Positions 63,612 through 64,000 of a stretch of 64,000 nt of DNA are shown one piece after another. Location of the stretch: positions 61,504,001 to 61,568,000 of the forward strand of contig OX597827.1 in NCBI GenBank assembly GCA_951406725.2, written 5' to 3'. Position numbers and translations under genes: made by a program. The notes under the pieces are model-generated. The model had not been told where the DNA came from. It made no database searches and worked only from the letters and a program-made list of their open reading frames with translations. The first letter of the stretch is position 1. Each line of letters opens with the position of its first letter. The stretch is from Octopus vulgaris (taxonomy: Eukaryota).

Positions 63612-64000
63612 TTAAGTTGTTTTTAAGTTATGTCCTTTTCTACTTTTTTTTTTTAAGAAAGTAATGGAAAAAAATGAAGTTCAATTAAGTCAATTAATCT
63701 GACTTTGCATCAGTCTCAGTGAATATAATTAAAAGCATAAATACGTTTTTTTGGATCTTTACCTTTTGACGTACAGATTTAAAAAATAATTTTTTGTAAC
63801 TAAATACTTTCAAACTTCGGACACTGGTAGAATGTGTTCCCATTTTGGGAAACCACTGTCGCTTTGAGATTTCAATGATGAAATTGGTTATTTTAGAATG
63901 ACATTGTAAGGTAGGTATGAGAAGCCAGATCTGTCCGACTTGAACACAAAACAAGTAGAAATCTTAGGCTGGATTATTTGAAGGCGGCGAGCTGGCAGAA

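Overview
AT-rich, repeat-dense eukaryotic DNA. The SINE, RTE and microsatellite content looks like a coleoid cephalopod, most likely Octopus (inference). Three spliced genes were rebuilt by hand, each with GT-AG junctions and matching phases. (1) LACTB, the mitochondrial serine beta-lactamase-like protease, on the + strand: six shared exons (2147-23309) followed by TWO intact, diverged tandem copies of the large terminal exon (25708-26269 and 28389-28932), predicting 587-aa and 581-aa isoforms. (2) MESD/boca, the LDLR/LRP chaperone, on the - strand: five exons (45328-34303), 191 aa, with its KTEL ER-retention signal on an 18-nt last exon. (3) The last six coding exons of NUP155 on the - strand (63206-54937). 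A probable fourth gene starts divergently at position 99 and runs off the left edge. Introns contain tRNA-derived SINEs, RTE and CR1 3' ends, Tc1 relics, MITEs and several long palindromes. Some palindromes carry Penelope-type minimal hammerhead ribozymes, and those with intact cores lie antisense to the host gene. Main candidates for novelty: the duplicated LACTB terminal exon, the hammerhead palindromes, inverted SINE arrays bracketing LACTB intron 5, and the MESD KTEL micro-exon. All identifications come from reading the sequence and recalled protein motifs; no searches were run.
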